The position numbers and the translations under genes are program-made. 64,000 nucleotides of DNA from Candidatus Foliamicus sp. (lineage in GTDB: Bacteria; Pseudomonadota; Gammaproteobacteria; Steroidobacterales; Foliamicaceae): contig OZ242252.1 of the NCBI GenBank assembly GCA_965206955.1, positions 2,179,771 to 2,243,770 on the forward strand, read 5' to 3'. The notes below the pieces were generated by a model, which was not told the origin of the DNA, ran no database searches, and was given only the letters and a program-made list of their open reading frames with translations. Within the stretch, counting starts at the first letter, position 1; each line of letters starts with the position of its first letter. Positions 26,759-35,566 of this stretch are shown one piece after another.

Positions 26759-28177
26759 ATGGCGCTGGTCGCCCTTGAAGTAAACAGCGCGGCGCTGGTG
26801 GGCGCCACGTCACAGGGTGTATTGTTCAACGAGCCGGGCGTGGCTCTGGTAGAGAAACGCCGCGTGCGCTTCGGGCGCGAGGCAGCGGCCGAAGCGCGAC
26901 TGAACCCGGGTCGGAGTTACGAGAACTACTGGGAGATGCTGTCGGACGAGCCGCTTCCCAGGCCGGCGCGGGGGTTTAGAAGCTACGCCGACCTGGCCCA
27001 CGGCCAGTTGCAGGAGCTCCGAAAGCGCTTTGAGCAGTCGGCGAGCAGGATTGACGGCTGCGTTCTGGTCGTTCCCGCAGGCACTGGGGACGAGCGTCTG
27101 GCGCTGCTTCTGGGAATAGCCGAAGAAGCCGGATTGCGGGTGGCCGGACTGGTCGAGAGCGGCGTGGCCGCGGTGCGTGGAATTCCCGCGAACCGTTCCT
27201 GCCTGCATATTGAGGCTACCGCCGAACGCATGATTGTGTGCCGCCTGGAGCAGCGTAGCGGCCGGGTTTACAGCGAAGAAGTGCTGTTCACCAGCCGTCC
27301 CGGGCTGCGTCACTTGCGTGCCGCAATGACTCGATATGTAGCGGGCCGCTTCATATCCGCTTCACGCTTCGACCCTCTGGAACTACCCGCTACGGAGCAA
27401 GAGCTGGCCGGCCAGCTGGATACATGGCTCGAGGCGGTGGTGACTGGCGGGGAACTGAAGGTCGAATTAAGCGGTGCGCCGATTCCCGCCGCTGCCGTCC
27501 TGCGGCGTGAACAGTTCATGGCGGCGCTCGAACGCCAGTTGGGGGCTCTGGGTAATAGTCTGCGTTCCTGGTGCACGGGGCCGCAACCCGCTGAAATACA
27601 GCTCGCCGGGTCCTTGGCGGCTGCTCCGGGTTGTGCCGGCGTGTTTGCGCGCATGCTGTCGTCCGAAGTACACCTTCTTCCGCCGGGGGCGTCGGCGCTT
27701 GGCGCTCTTGCACGATTCAGGCCGGGCGTTGAAGCCAGGGATCGCTACGTGCTGTTGCGTTCGCTTCCAGCCTTGGATTCACCGATGGAGGGCGGCGCCC
27801 CGAGAACCATTCGCTCCGAGGCCAATAGTCCGGAAGGCCGGGCAAGCGGAGGCGGCAATAGCAGTCCGCCGACGCCGACCCACCTGGTGCATGACGGCCA
27901 GGCCTGGCGCATCAATGAGACCGGCCTGCGCATCGGCTCATCTCCACAAGCGGGCAGCCTGTCGATTGTGCTTTCGCCCGAGGCCGGGATTTCGCGCAAC
28001 CATTGCACCGTGGCCCTGGAGAACGAACAAGCTGTATTGCATGATCACAGCCGCTATGGCACCAAACTGAACGGCGCTCCGGTAGTGGAGTTGGCGCCTT
28101 TGCGCGGGGGCGACGTGGTCAGCGTGGGCTCTTTGGAGTTTCTCGTGGCATGCGAGGTTCAAAGCGATGGCTCGTAG
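26759..28177 (+). CDS. degenerate Hsp70/actin-like ATPase-fold protein with C-terminal FHA domain
   Basis: N-terminus MALVALEVNSAALVG, VLVVPAGTGDERLALLLGIAEEAGLRVAGLVESGVAAV (compare VITVPAYF...AG..V..ll.EP.AAA), with no DLGGGT loop. C-terminus GISRNHCTV...HDHSRYGTKLNGAPV...GDVVSVG is FHA. An alternative GTG start at 26735 overlaps the upstream stop. Confidence 0.75.
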   Translation: MALVALEVNSAALVGATSQGVLFNEPGVALVEKRRVRFGREAAAEARLNPGRSYENYWEMLSDEPLPRPARGFRSYADLAHGQLQELRKRFEQSASRIDGCVLVVPAGTGDERLALLLGIAEEAGLRVAGLVESGVAAVRGIPANRSCLHIEATAERMIVCRLEQRSGRVYSEEVLFTSRPGLRHLRAAMTRYVAGRFISASRFDPLELPATEQELAGQLDTWLEAVVTGGELKVELSGAPIPAAAVLRREQFMAALERQLGALGNSLRSWCTGPQPAEIQLAGSLAAAPGCAGVFARMLSSEVHLLPPGASALGALARFRPGVEARDRYVLLRSLPALDSPMEGGAPRTIRSEANSPEGRASGGGNSSPPTPTHLVHDGQAWRINETGLRIGSSPQAGSLSIVLSPEAGISRNHCTVALENEQAVLHDHSRYGTKLNGAPVVELAPLRGGDVVSVGSLEFLVACEVQSDGS

Positions 28178-29264
28178 GCCGTTCCATATCTTCAGCATGT
28201 CGTTTCTGGACATCATTTCCTGCGGCTTTGGTGCGGTCGTGCTGTTCTTCGTCATCATCAACGCCCAGGTGCGCCTGCGGGCCGACGCCCAGCGAAGTGA
28301 TTTGCTGAGCGAATCCACTCTGCTGGAAGAGGAGGTTCTTGAGGGGCGCAAAGACCTGTTGCAGCTTCGCGGTGAGCGCAATACTCTGGACGATCAGCGC
28401 GCGGCGGCGATCGAAGAATTGCGTAAATTGCGTGAACGCCTGGCCGCACTGCTGACGGAGTTGGCTCAATTTGAACGCCTCGGCACGCAGAGCCAGGAGT
28501 CCATTGAGAAATTGCGTTCCGATGTCGACCGCCTCAATCAATTGCAGGAGCAGTTGGAGGCCAAGATCGCTGAGTCGGAGGAAGGCACGGGCCAGCGCTT
28601 GCGCGGCTTCGAGGGCCAGGGCGCTCGCCAATACCTGACTGGAATGCAAATGGGCGGCAGCCATGTCTTGATCCTGGTGGATTCCTCGGCCAGCATGCTC
28701 GGGCGCACCTATATCGACGTGCTGCGCTTCCGCTTGATGGATGAGGAGCTCAAGCCGCGCGCGCCCAAGTGGCTGCAAGTGGTCAATTCGGTGGATTGGA
28801 TCACTACCCGTCTGACTCCACAGCAGAAGTTTCAGGTGTATATCTATGGCGTGGAACACCGCAGTATTCTGGAAGGGAGTGACGGAGAATGGCTGACCGT
28901 GGGGGACGGCAGCCGTGTCACCGAAGCGGTTGAGGCCCTTCGCAGCTTTGCTCCAAAGGGCGGAACCAGCATGCATGCGGCGGTTCGGGCCGTTCGGGCA
29001 ATGACTCCGTGGCCGGTTAACGTGTTCCTGCTCACCGACGGGCTTCCCACGCAAGGGGACCGACCGCCGTCGCGAGTGGGCTGGGTGGGCTCCCGCACCC
29101 GGGAAAGCCACTTCAGCCGCGCGGTGCGTGACTTGCCGCCACGCATTCCGATTAACGTGCTCTTCTTTCCGATGGACGGCGATCCGGCCGCGACCGGCCA
29201 TTACTGGCAGATCGCTTCCCGGTCGCGCGGTTCCTTCATCAGCGTCTCCCGCGACTGGCCCTGA
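28167..29264 (+). CDS. ExbD/TolR-like TM anchor - coiled coil - von Willebrand A (vWA) domain protein
   Basis: The ATG overlaps the upstream gene by 11 nt. The TM FSMSFLDIISCGFGAVVLFFVII has an Asp placed as in ExbD/TolR (TPFIDVMLVLL). About 120 aa of heptad-rich coil follow. vWA MIDAS motif LVDSSASM...GGTSM...LLTDG. Confidence 0.75.
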   Translation: MARRPFHIFSMSFLDIISCGFGAVVLFFVIINAQVRLRADAQRSDLLSESTLLEEEVLEGRKDLLQLRGERNTLDDQRAAAIEELRKLRERLAALLTELAQFERLGTQSQESIEKLRSDVDRLNQLQEQLEAKIAESEEGTGQRLRGFEGQGARQYLTGMQMGGSHVLILVDSSASMLGRTYIDVLRFRLMDEELKPRAPKWLQVVNSVDWITTRLTPQQKFQVYIYGVEHRSILEGSDGEWLTVGDGSRVTEAVEALRSFAPKGGTSMHAAVRAVRAMTPWPVNVFLLTDGLPTQGDRPPSRVGWVGSRTRESHFSRAVRDLPPRIPINVLFFPMDGDPAATGHYWQIASRSRGSFISVSRDWP

Positions 29265-29266
29265 TG

Positions 29267-29358
29267 TCTGGGCACGAGGGCATCCTGCCCTCGCGGAGGA
29301 CAGGATGTCCTCCCTCCCAGCCACGGCATCCCCCTGGGAACGAGGGCATCCTGCCCTC
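29267..29358. repeat. REP composite
   Basis: CTGGGCACGAGGGCATCCTGCCCTCGCGGAGGACAGGATGTCCTCCCTCCCAG ... CTGGGAACGAGGGCATCCTGCCCTCG. Confidence 0.9.
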
Positions 29359-29449
29359 GTAAATGGCAAGTGCCCTCACTTCAGCTTAGCCAACACGAAT
29401 CAAGCATAGTATCGATAGTGATATCATACAAGCGCGTAAGGAGACGCCC

Positions 29450-29686
29450 TTGGACCTTGACACGCTGCGACGCAATCCAGGAGGAGTGCGCTTCCGCGAC
29501 CTTTGCAGGATATGTGAGGCATATTTTGGAAAACCCCGGCAAGCCGGGACCAGCCACCGGTTTTACCGCACTCCGTGGCCCGGCGATCCGCGCGTGAACA
29601 TTCAGAACGATCATGGGATGGCAAAGGCTTATCAGGTCCGGCAAGTAATCAAAGCAATCGAAAAGCTGGAGAAGCAGAGTGATTGA
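29450..29686 (+). CDS. HicA-like toxin
   Basis: TTG start 6 nt after AGGAG. GTSHRFYRTPWPGDPRVNIQNDHGMAKAYQVRQVIKAIE resembles the HicA GSH...P.H core. It overlaps the downstream antitoxin by 8 nt. Confidence 0.65.
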   Translation: MDLDTLRRNPGGVRFRDLCRICEAYFGKPRQAGTSHRFYRTPWPGDPRVNIQNDHGMAKAYQVRQVIKAIEKLEKQSD

Positions 29687-29999
29687 CCATTACACCTATC
29701 GAGTTACCTGGTCCGCCGAAGACCGCGAACATGTCGCTCTTTGCGCCGAATTTCCGTCACTCAGTTGGCTGGCCTCTACCCCACAAGGCGCCCTGACCGG
29801 GATTCGGAAGCTCGTAGGCGAAGTGCTGGCGGACATGCACACTGCTGGCGAATTGCCGCCTGAGCCGCTTGCCGACCGGGCATTTAGCGGTAAGTTCGTG
29901 GTGCGTATTCCGCCTGCGATGCACCGTGAATTGGCCATCAACGCAGCCGAGGAAGGCGTTAGCCTGAATCGCCTTGTTAGTTCCCGCCTGGGCCGCTGA
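29679..29999 (+). CDS. HicB-like antitoxin with RHH C-terminus
   Basis: YTYRVTWSAEDREHVALCAEFPSLSWLASTPQGAL plus FSGKFVVRIPPAMHRELAINAAEEGVSLNRLV. Confidence 0.75.
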   Translation: MIDHYTYRVTWSAEDREHVALCAEFPSLSWLASTPQGALTGIRKLVGEVLADMHTAGELPPEPLADRAFSGKFVVRIPPAMHRELAINAAEEGVSLNRLVSSRLGR

Positions 30000-30043
30000 A
30001 CCGGAAACATGCGGGATAATGCGCGCGCCGGGAGAATGGCAGC

Positions 30044-30835
30044 ATGAATTTGCAGTTGGATGGAAAGGTAGCGTTGATTACGGGGGCCACCGGGGGCCTC
30101 GGCGCGGCCTGTGCGCGCGAGTTAGCCCAAGAGGGCGCCAAGCTGTTTCTTGCCGCCCGCACGGACAGCGCACTGTTGGAGCTGGCCGAGAGCCTGCGGG
30201 AAAAAGAAGGCGGCGAAGTGAGGTGGCTGGCTGCCGATTTGACTTTGCCTGAGGCTGCAAAGGCCGTTAGCACGGTCGCAAGCAATGCGTTTGGAAGGGT
30301 GGATATCCTGATTAACAGCGCGGGCGCGTCCGCCGGCGGCCTGTTCTGGGAAATCCCCGATTCCGCCTGGGAAAGCAGCATGGAACTCAAGTTCATGGCT
30401 ACGGTGCGGATGATTCGCGCAGTATTGCCGGGCATGATCGAAAGGAGCTACGGGCGGATTGTGACGCTGGTGGGGAATACCGGGCGAGAACCCGATCCTC
30501 GCCTTTTGCCGAGCGCGGCGGCGAACGCCGGATTGCTGGCCGTAACCGCAGGTCTGGCGCGTGAAGTGGCCCAATACGGCGTGGTTATCAACGCGGTAAA
30601 CCCGGGGCCCACGCGGACCGGCCGCTGGGAGGGAATGATGCAATCATTTGCTGCTCGCAGCGGAAAGACGCCGGAAGAGGAGGAGCAGCGCTTTCTGGAC
30701 CAAATTCCTCAGGGCCGGCTGGGGGACGCCGAAGAAATTGCCCGGCTGGTGGCATTCCTGGCAAGCGATGCCGCTCCTCACGTTACCGGCCGCTCGATTA
30801 CGGCCGACGGTGGCGCTTCCCGGGCTATTCTGTGA
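30044..30835 (+). CDS. short-chain dehydrogenase/reductase (SDR)
   Basis: GKVALITGATGGLGAACA cofactor motif and the NSAG motif. 263 aa. Confidence 0.9.
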   Translation: MNLQLDGKVALITGATGGLGAACARELAQEGAKLFLAARTDSALLELAESLREKEGGEVRWLAADLTLPEAAKAVSTVASNAFGRVDILINSAGASAGGLFWEIPDSAWESSMELKFMATVRMIRAVLPGMIERSYGRIVTLVGNTGREPDPRLLPSAAANAGLLAVTAGLAREVAQYGVVINAVNPGPTRTGRWEGMMQSFAARSGKTPEEEEQRFLDQIPQGRLGDAEEIARLVAFLASDAAPHVTGRSITADGGASRAIL

Positions 30836-30850
30836 AGGTGCAAATGGCCT

Positions 30851-30928
30851 CCCCTGGGAACGAGGGCTTCCCCCCTGGGAACGAGGGCTTCCCAGCCCTC
30901 GACGAGGGCAAGATGCCCTCGCTCCCAG
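30851..30928. repeat. REP cluster
   Basis: CCTGGGAACGAGGGCTTCCC x2, then GAGGGCTTCCCAGCCCTCGACGAGGGCAAGATGCCCTCGCTCCCAG. Confidence 0.9.
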
Positions 30929-30950
30929 CGGTTACTCGGAACTGACGGAT

Positions 30951-32099
30951 ATGGATAAGGAACAACTTTCCGAAATTCGTGAAGCGGTGCGCGTGGTTTG
31001 CGCCGATTTTCCGGGCAAGTACTGGCGCGACCTGGACCGCGAAAGGGCCTACCCCACCGAGTTCACGCGCGCCATGACAGAGAGCGGGTTTTTGGGCGCT
31101 CTGATTCCGGAACAGTACGGCGGAAGTGGCCTGGGGCTGGTAGCCGCCGCGGCGATTCTGGAGCAAATACACCGCTCGGGCTGCAACGCCGGAGCCTGCC
31201 ACGCGCAGATGTACACCATGGGCACGGTGCTGCGCTATGGTAGCGACGAACAAAAGCAACGATGGTTGCCCCCTATTGCGTCCGGCGATTTGCGCCTGCA
31301 GGCATTTGGAGTGACCGAGCCCGGCAGTGGAACCGATACCCTGGCGCTGCGGACCACGGCCAAGAGGGAGAACGGCGAATACGTCGTTACCGGTCAGAAA
31401 ATCTGGACCTCCCGCGCCGAGCATTCCGACCTGATGGTGCTGCTGGCCCGCACTACACCACGCGAGGAGGTGGCTCGCCGCACCGAGGGCCTGTCGGTGC
31501 TCATGGTGGATATGCGCGATGCGCCAGGCTTAAGCATCACGCCGATTCGCACGATGATGAACCACGCCACAACGCAAGTGTTCCTCGACGAAGTTCGGGT
31601 GCCAGCGGAGAATTTGATCGGCGAGGAAGGGCAGGGCTTTCGTTACATTCTTGACGGGATGAATGCCGAGCGCACTCTGATCGCCGGCGAATGCATCGGC
31701 GATGGGCGCTGGTTCATCGATAAAGCCGCCGCCTACGCCGGTGAACGGGAGGTATTCGGCCGTCCCATCGGACGCAATCAGGGCGTGCAGTTTCCGATCG
31801 CGCGTGCCTACGCTTCCGTCGAGGCGGCGGCGCTTATGGTGACGGACGCAGCAGAAAAGTTCGACCAGGGCCTGTCCACCGGCAAGGAAGCCAATATGGC
31901 CAAGCTACTGGCTTCCGAGGCCGCCTGGGAGGCTGCCGAAGCCTGCGTGCAGACCTTCGGCGGATTCGGTTTCGCGGAGGAATACGACGTGGAGCGCAAA
32001 TTCAGGGAAACCCGCTTATATCAGGTCGCCCCGGTCTCCACCAACATGATCCTGAGCTATCTCGGCCAGCACGTCCTCGGAATGCCCCGCTCCTACTAG
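30951..32099 (+). CDS. acyl-CoA dehydrogenase
   Basis: MDKEQLSEIREAV..., GVTEPGSGTD, QIWTSRA and QTFGGFGFAEEYDVERKFRE. The ORF-track upstream 101 aa cross SDR and REP sequence. Confidence 0.9.
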   Translation: MDKEQLSEIREAVRVVCADFPGKYWRDLDRERAYPTEFTRAMTESGFLGALIPEQYGGSGLGLVAAAAILEQIHRSGCNAGACHAQMYTMGTVLRYGSDEQKQRWLPPIASGDLRLQAFGVTEPGSGTDTLALRTTAKRENGEYVVTGQKIWTSRAEHSDLMVLLARTTPREEVARRTEGLSVLMVDMRDAPGLSITPIRTMMNHATTQVFLDEVRVPAENLIGEEGQGFRYILDGMNAERTLIAGECIGDGRWFIDKAAAYAGEREVFGRPIGRNQGVQFPIARAYASVEAAALMVTDAAEKFDQGLSTGKEANMAKLLASEAAWEAAEACVQTFGGFGFAEEYDVERKFRETRLYQVAPVSTNMILSYLGQHVLGMPRSY

Positions 32100-32232
32100 C
32101 TGGGAGCGAGGGCATCTTGCCCTCGACGAGGACAGGATGTCCTCGTTCCCAGGTTGTTCCCTGCGCGCCAGCGCCGCCGGAACGGGGGTGAAAACTCCCA
32201 GCCTCGAGGGCAGGATGCCCTCCTTCCCAGGG
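32099..32232. repeat. REP composite (same MITE-like architecture as 24246-24417)
   Basis: GAGGGCATCTTGCCCTCGACGAGGACAGGATGTCCTCGTTCCCAG, then GTTCCCTGCGCGCCAGCGC...CTCCCAG, then GAGGGCAGGATGCCCTC. Confidence 0.85.
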
Positions 32233-32236
32233 GGGG

Positions 32237-35200
32237 TTAGAAGGATTTGTGGAGTGACAGGCTGTACGCGCGGCCCTGAGTCCACTCATAGACGGGATTC
32301 ACTCGGTAGTTCAAAGTCTCGCCCGTTTCAGGGTTCAACCTGGTGGATTTTGCGTATGCATCCGTAATGTTGTTGACCGTCAGGGTTGCGCTGAAGTTGT
32401 CCATCCATGCCGGTGCGTCAAACAGGGAATCCTCTCCAAATTCGTAACTCAGCACCAGGTCGTAATTGGCGGCCGGCTCGGTAATGAAGTGGCTCGTGGC
32501 TATCCATTTTCTGACCACATCGTCGGAGTCCTGCATGTCAAGGCTGAGGAACAGGCCGCCGCGCGCCCAGGTAATTTGCATGCTGGTCTGGTGCCTGGGA
32601 ACCGGCAGGATGGTTACTTCTTCCTCACCGGTATCGTCACGCTGCCCCACAAGGTCGTGCACAACTTTTGAGATGGCGGATTGTTGAACGTCATAACGAT
32701 TGGTGTATGAGCGCCGTAGCTTAACGCCGAAGTCGTTGAGTCCCCGGCTCCACTCATAGCGGAGCTCGTAATCCACGCCTGAACGGTTGACGGCGTAGCT
32801 GTTGATCCAGCGCTCGTCAAGCACGTACAGGTCATCATCCGGAAAATAGGTAAGGGTGGGAGGAAGGTTGTTCAGGTCTTCAACGATCCCCGTGCTGAGC
32901 TTCGAAATGCGATTGGTGAATTCCGTGTCGCTCCAGCCAACCTTGAACAACAGGCCCGGCAGGAAGGCAGGTGTAAGTTCCGCCACCAGGCTGAGGTTCT
33001 CGGCGGTCTCAGTCTCCAAAGTATCGTTGCCGCCCCTTAACTTAACCACGCCACGCTGTATGACAAATTCGCCGTTCTCGTCGACGTAAACAAAGAGACT
33101 GAATGGGCTCGGATCCAATCGCTCCACCCGCTGCAGCAATTGGTTCAGTTGCGGCGCGACAAAGGAAGTGCTGAACTTGCCCCGAAACTGCATGGCGCCG
33201 TTGGGTCGGTACACCAGCCCTCCACTCCATGTGAACTCGCTTCCGGGGTCATCGGCATCCAGTGCGCCGGCATCGCCATTGGAACTCTGGCCGTATTCCA
33301 CTTCCGCGTTGGAATAAGAATCGTAACGGCCTGAAAAGGTGAGGCTCAACTGTTGCACGCCTGCCATGGCATTGCCTGAACCGACCAGTGGAACCAATCC
33401 TTCCACGAATCCCGAGTGGCTGGCACGGCTGATGCGCGTGTTGAATGCCGTATAGCCCGTGGGTGTGTCATTGCTCAGGAAATTACCCAGCAATGCCAAC
33501 TCAGAGAAGGAATCCAGCACATCCTCACGGTAATCGTAGCCTACCGCCAGCGCAACGGGTCCGCCCGGGGCGTTGAACAGGTTACCGCGCGCCAGCGCTT
33601 CAAACTGCTGTTGCTCGTTTTTGGACCCCGCGTCCAGGCCGGGGATGATATATGGATTGGCGTCGGCAAAAGGATTAACGGGATCAGGCGGCTGGCCGAG
33701 AACACGGCAGATGCCGATGAAGAAGCGATTAGGGGTGTAGGTGTAGCTCCAGCCCCCTAACTCTACCCGTCTGGCCTCACACTGCTCCTCGGTAACACGA
33801 AGCAGAAACGCTATCGCGGCGCCGGTTACTCCATCGCTGTTCAGGCCGCGAGTATAAGAACTGTCAAGGACGTTGTAACGAGTGGTGGCGATTTTCTGCC
33901 GCGAGGAGCTGTACTCGGCCTGCCAGGTCCAGCTTCCCAGCGAACCCTCGGCGCCGAGCCGGGCAAACATCTCGTCCGTCTGGGACTCATAAGTTTGCGG
34001 TGGAGTGCCAACCAGCAAGCCAACTATCCGCACCTGAACTCCGAAAGGGTTAAAGGGGTTATGTTCGTGCAGAATCTGAGTACCAAGAGAGCTCGTAGCG
34101 TTGAGTCCGTCGCCGGAATTGGAATCCTTCCTTGTCATACGCAGGTTGGCGTGCAGGGCCAGCGAATCCGTCAATTGCTGATCCACGCCCAGGTTCACTG
34201 TGTTGTAACTCTGTTCCGGTCGCAGGCTATAGCCCTCCTCGGCCTCGCCGCGCCAGTGCTGCTCGCCGAATAGTTCGATGGAATTAAGATCGTCCGTGTG
34301 CTGGAACCCAAGCGGCAGGGTTACGTCCTCGCGGCACGTTGCATTGGCCTTGCCGGCCTCGTCCAGCGCCAGGTAATCGGCGTGGGTAACCTTACTCCCA
34401 TCCGCCAGTTCCCATAGCACCGGCAACTGGGCAAGACGATTGGTCCGGTGGGGTGGGGGCGGGCAGTCACCACTCGTACGGTGGCCGAAAATCCGCCATT
34501 GCGGGCCGGCCGCCGCCTGTTTGTTCCCGGGGGTGTAGCCCAGATCAGTGCGTAAAGGAATAACAGCCGAATCCCGTTGCGAGGCATCCAGCCCGGAATC
34601 CTGGAAGTGCTCAAAACCAAACGTGGCTCGCCCTCCTGACCATGCCAGTCCGGCGGCCAGACTTACTTTCCTTTCGTCATAGCCGCTCTTATGCGGGCGG
34701 GAATAGTTGATGTCGAGTTCCACACCCGAGTAGTCCTGCCGGGTAATGATGTTCACTACGCCGCCCACCGCGTCCGACCCATACACGGCGGATGCCCCAT
34801 CCAGCAAGATTTCAACCCGCTCAACCATGGATAAGGGGATCGTGGAGATGTCGGTGACACCACCCAAGATTCCGCTGTAGCCAACCCGGCGGCCGTCCAC
34901 CAGGATCAGCGTGGATTCGCTGCCCAGGCCGCGCAGGTTCACGGTGGCGGCGCCGGTCTTGTTCCCGGCCGTGTTCAACAGCGAGCCGTAGGTCTCGTTG
35001 GTTGGGTTTGCGTTCTGGGGCAACTGACGGAGCAATCGCGCCAAAGTGAGTTCTCCACTCGCTCTAATGTCATCGCGGTCCAGCACGATGAGGTTGCCGG
35101 AGATCTCCGACGGCGAGCGGCTGAGCCGGCTGCCGGTTACCCGGACGTCCTCCAACTGCAATGCCTCGTCTTCTTCATCGTCCGCATCTTCCTGAGCCGA

Positions 35201-35308
35201 CGCGAAGTTCAGGCTGAGCGCCAAACCGGCGAGTATTGCCAGCATGAGGGAAGCAGCCAAGTGAAAACTGCGCCACCCGCGCAGGCAGAGGTTTGCAGAG
35301 TGTGCCAT
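32237..35308 (-). CDS. TonB-dependent receptor (large, ~1020 aa)
   Basis: Signal peptide, acidic linker, plug (LEDVRVTGSRL, VERVEILLDGASAVYGSDAVGGVVNIITR) and terminal ...SLSLHKSF. Start at MAHSAN (35308) or 35365. Confidence 0.9.
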   Translation of the reverse strand: MAHSANLCLRGWRSFHLAASLMLAILAGLALSLNFASAQEDADDEEDEALQLEDVRVTGSRLSRSPSEISGNLIVLDRDDIRASGELTLARLLRQLPQNANPTNETYGSLLNTAGNKTGAATVNLRGLGSESTLILVDGRRVGYSGILGGVTDISTIPLSMVERVEILLDGASAVYGSDAVGGVVNIITRQDYSGVELDINYSRPHKSGYDERKVSLAAGLAWSGGRATFGFEHFQDSGLDASQRDSAVIPLRTDLGYTPGNKQAAAGPQWRIFGHRTSGDCPPPPHRTNRLAQLPVLWELADGSKVTHADYLALDEAGKANATCREDVTLPLGFQHTDDLNSIELFGEQHWRGEAEEGYSLRPEQSYNTVNLGVDQQLTDSLALHANLRMTRKDSNSGDGLNATSSLGTQILHEHNPFNPFGVQVRIVGLLVGTPPQTYESQTDEMFARLGAEGSLGSWTWQAEYSSSRQKIATTRYNVLDSSYTRGLNSDGVTGAAIAFLLRVTEEQCEARRVELGGWSYTYTPNRFFIGICRVLGQPPDPVNPFADANPYIIPGLDAGSKNEQQQFEALARGNLFNAPGGPVALAVGYDYREDVLDSFSELALLGNFLSNDTPTGYTAFNTRISRASHSGFVEGLVPLVGSGNAMAGVQQLSLTFSGRYDSYSNAEVEYGQSSNGDAGALDADDPGSEFTWSGGLVYRPNGAMQFRGKFSTSFVAPQLNQLLQRVERLDPSPFSLFVYVDENGEFVIQRGVVKLRGGNDTLETETAENLSLVAELTPAFLPGLLFKVGWSDTEFTNRISKLSTGIVEDLNNLPPTLTYFPDDDLYVLDERWINSYAVNRSGVDYELRYEWSRGLNDFGVKLRRSYTNRYDVQQSAISKVVHDLVGQRDDTGEEEVTILPVPRHQTSMQITWARGGLFLSLDMQDSDDVVRKWIATSHFITEPAANYDLVLSYEFGEDSLFDAPAWMDNFSATLTVNNITDAYAKSTRLNPETGETLNYRVNPVYEWTQGRAYSLSLHKSF

Positions 35309-35566
35309 GCGTGTGCCCCAAGTCCCCAGAGGAGTTTCACTATACGGCACTACCGAATCTTGCACAATTTACCATAGCGTTGGCTGGCGATTCGGAGGCT
35401 GCGCTCCTACTGATCGGCTCTTGCTCCGCTCAGGTTCTTGTCAGAATTCGGGGGAAAAGGCGCCTGAATGCGCTCCTGCTTCCGGCTGAGAAGTCCTGTG
35501 CCGCCGCCATGCGTGCAACACTTGAACCAGGACCGAGCTGAAGGCCGTGCTGCGGGGTCGTATTTC

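Noticed and set aside
25183-29369. Long minus-strand ORFs (25183-25800, 25746-26411, 25957-26829, 28119-29369) across the HicAB and MotA/FHA/vWA region
   Set aside because: The plus-strand genes show domain signatures and start/stop coupling. The minus-strand translations are Arg/Pro-rich, with no motifs.
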